From positions 1 to 64,000 of the forward strand of contig CAVSBT010000015.1 of the NCBI GenBank assembly GCA_963726245.1: DNA of 64,000 nucleotides, written 5' to 3'. Source of the stretch: an uncultured Chloroflexia bacterium. Lineage in GTDB: Bacteria; Chloroflexota; Dehalococcoidia; DSTF01; JALHUB01. The notes under the pieces are model-generated. The model saw only the letters and a program-made list of their open reading frames with translations. It searched no databases and had not been told where the DNA came from. Positions 62,812-64,000 of the stretch are shown piece after piece; the stretch's first letter is position 1; each line of letters begins with the position of its first letter. A program made the position numbers and the translations under genes.

Positions 62812-63864
62812 CTAAGTGGCGTCCTTCAGCTCCGTCCATCCCTGGGCCGGCCCGACTAACGTGAGACCAGCGCACGGTGAGAGTCCCCGAAGCCCAGAAA
62901 CGTGAGTTGAGAGCGCCTGTCTTGACGCCAGCCCAAGCCGCCTCCGCTGCGGCTGCTGCCCCAGGGGCCCAGTCGTGTCGCGCTCGCGGCTGCATAAGCG
63001 CCGAGCGCGCTCGCAACCGCCGCCGCCCCGATGCAGATACCGGAGATGGCCCACTGCCGGCTTGGCGATGTCTGCGATTTGGAGGTTGGCCTGAGCTCTC
63101 GCGATTTGCTCCCCCAGGCGGGCCAGTTGCCAGTTTGCCCTCTCGGCCGCCATTTCCATGGCCCTGCGTCTCTGATAGAGCGACTCGCGGGCCTCCCGCG
63201 CTGCCTCCAGCTCACGCAGCGCCTCCTCGAACTGCCGGTCCAGGTCGCGCACGTGGCCCAGTGCGGCTCGAGAAGCCGGATTCGCTGAGATCCCGCTGCC
63301 CACGATGGTCGACCCGGCCAGGAGGGTCAGGGCGGCGCCACCCAGCAGTGCGCCCGTCGCAGCGAGATTGCCAGGGGATGCCCCTGACCCACCCGCAAGA
63401 AGCGCCTTGCTGGCATCGCGTATCGCCTTCTCTACCGGATTACCAGTCGAACCGCCGCTGCTTGCCGCACCACTGCCGCCCGTCACCGCGCCAGCGCTGC
63501 TCTCCTGCTGCTGAATTGCTCGTACTCCTCCGGCGTGAGGCACTTCTCAAGGAAGGCGAAGGACGTGTAGCCGGGGCAACCCGGAGGTCCTTTGCCGTCT
63601 GTCGTCTGCCGATGGTCGTAGACGCCAAGGTAGCCCTCGATGCAAAGACTGTCACCGACGTAGCCGATCTTCCCGTTCGCGCGGGAGGGTCTCGCGGTCC
63701 TGTACGCAGCAGATACCGGACATGCGCTCCCAGTGAAAGCCCGTCGGGCAGTTCTCCCTCGCCACCTGAGCCGACGATGAGTTCCCTGCGACGAGCCAAA
63801 GGAGGGCCGCCAGGGTGAAGCTCACACCTACTACGAACGTGGTCAGCAGCAGTCTCCGCAGCAT
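62812..63864 (-). CDS. Secreted/membrane protein: signal peptide, Cys-rich domain, Gly/Ser linker, TM helix, coiled coil; frameshifted
   Basis: MLRRLLLTTFVVG..., NCPTGFHWERMSGICCVQ, EALRELEAAREARESLYQRRR; ORFs 63652-63948 and 62812-63543. Confidence 0.55.
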
Positions 63865-63948
63865 GGCGCCGAGAGCATACCATCGCTGGACGCGAGCCGC
63901 CAGAGCGGGCACCGGTTGCGACCGAGGCGGCCCCGCCGGTGGCGACAA

Positions 63949-64000
63949 CCCGATAGAAGGCGTCCGTACCTTCAGCCTTCCAGCGTCGCGCCGCAGCCGG
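63949..64000. repeat. Direct repeat of 61854-61905 (zinc-ribbon gene end plus next gene start)
   Basis: 52 nt with 4 mismatches by manual alignment; weaker similarity continues leftward. Confidence 0.85.

Noticed and set aside
1-64000. Widespread frameshifts as pseudogenisation or programmed frameshifting
   Set aside because: They hit essential genes (hemC, ackA, nrdJ, ccmF) at random, mostly as single extra bases without slippery sites. This is typical of long-read consensus error.

Overview
GC-rich bacterial chromosomal window. Gene content and motifs suggest Chloroflexota, probably Dehalococcoidia-like; this is an inference, not a database result. Many clearly conserved genes are split by single-base indels, so the sequence looks like an unpolished long-read assembly, and most frameshifts are treated here as errors. 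Left to right: an animal-type alpha-2-macroglobulin/thioester-like lipoprotein (truncated by the window edge), an MFS transporter, a partial Liv-type ABC system, an AAA+/VWA pair, a CxxxY-type (System I*) cytochrome c maturation operon, recF, a heme (Ahb/siroheme) operon led by a MerR-HTH/globin-like regulator, ackA-xfp-glgP, nrpR-nrdR with two tandem, dissimilar class II ribonucleotide reductases, yggS-proC-yggT/yggU, an HNH insert, recA-recX-rny-ymdB-PHP, tRNA-Asp with a serine-integrase remnant, and an accessory region of RNA-binding and zinc-ribbon genes with a duplicated gene junction. The most unusual signal is a set of small palindromic repeat families: inverted heptamer arrays (GCAACAA/GGAACCA units), ACGGAT arrays and GTAG-REPs. 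They occur between genes and also inside coding sequence, including four times in the two nrdJ genes.
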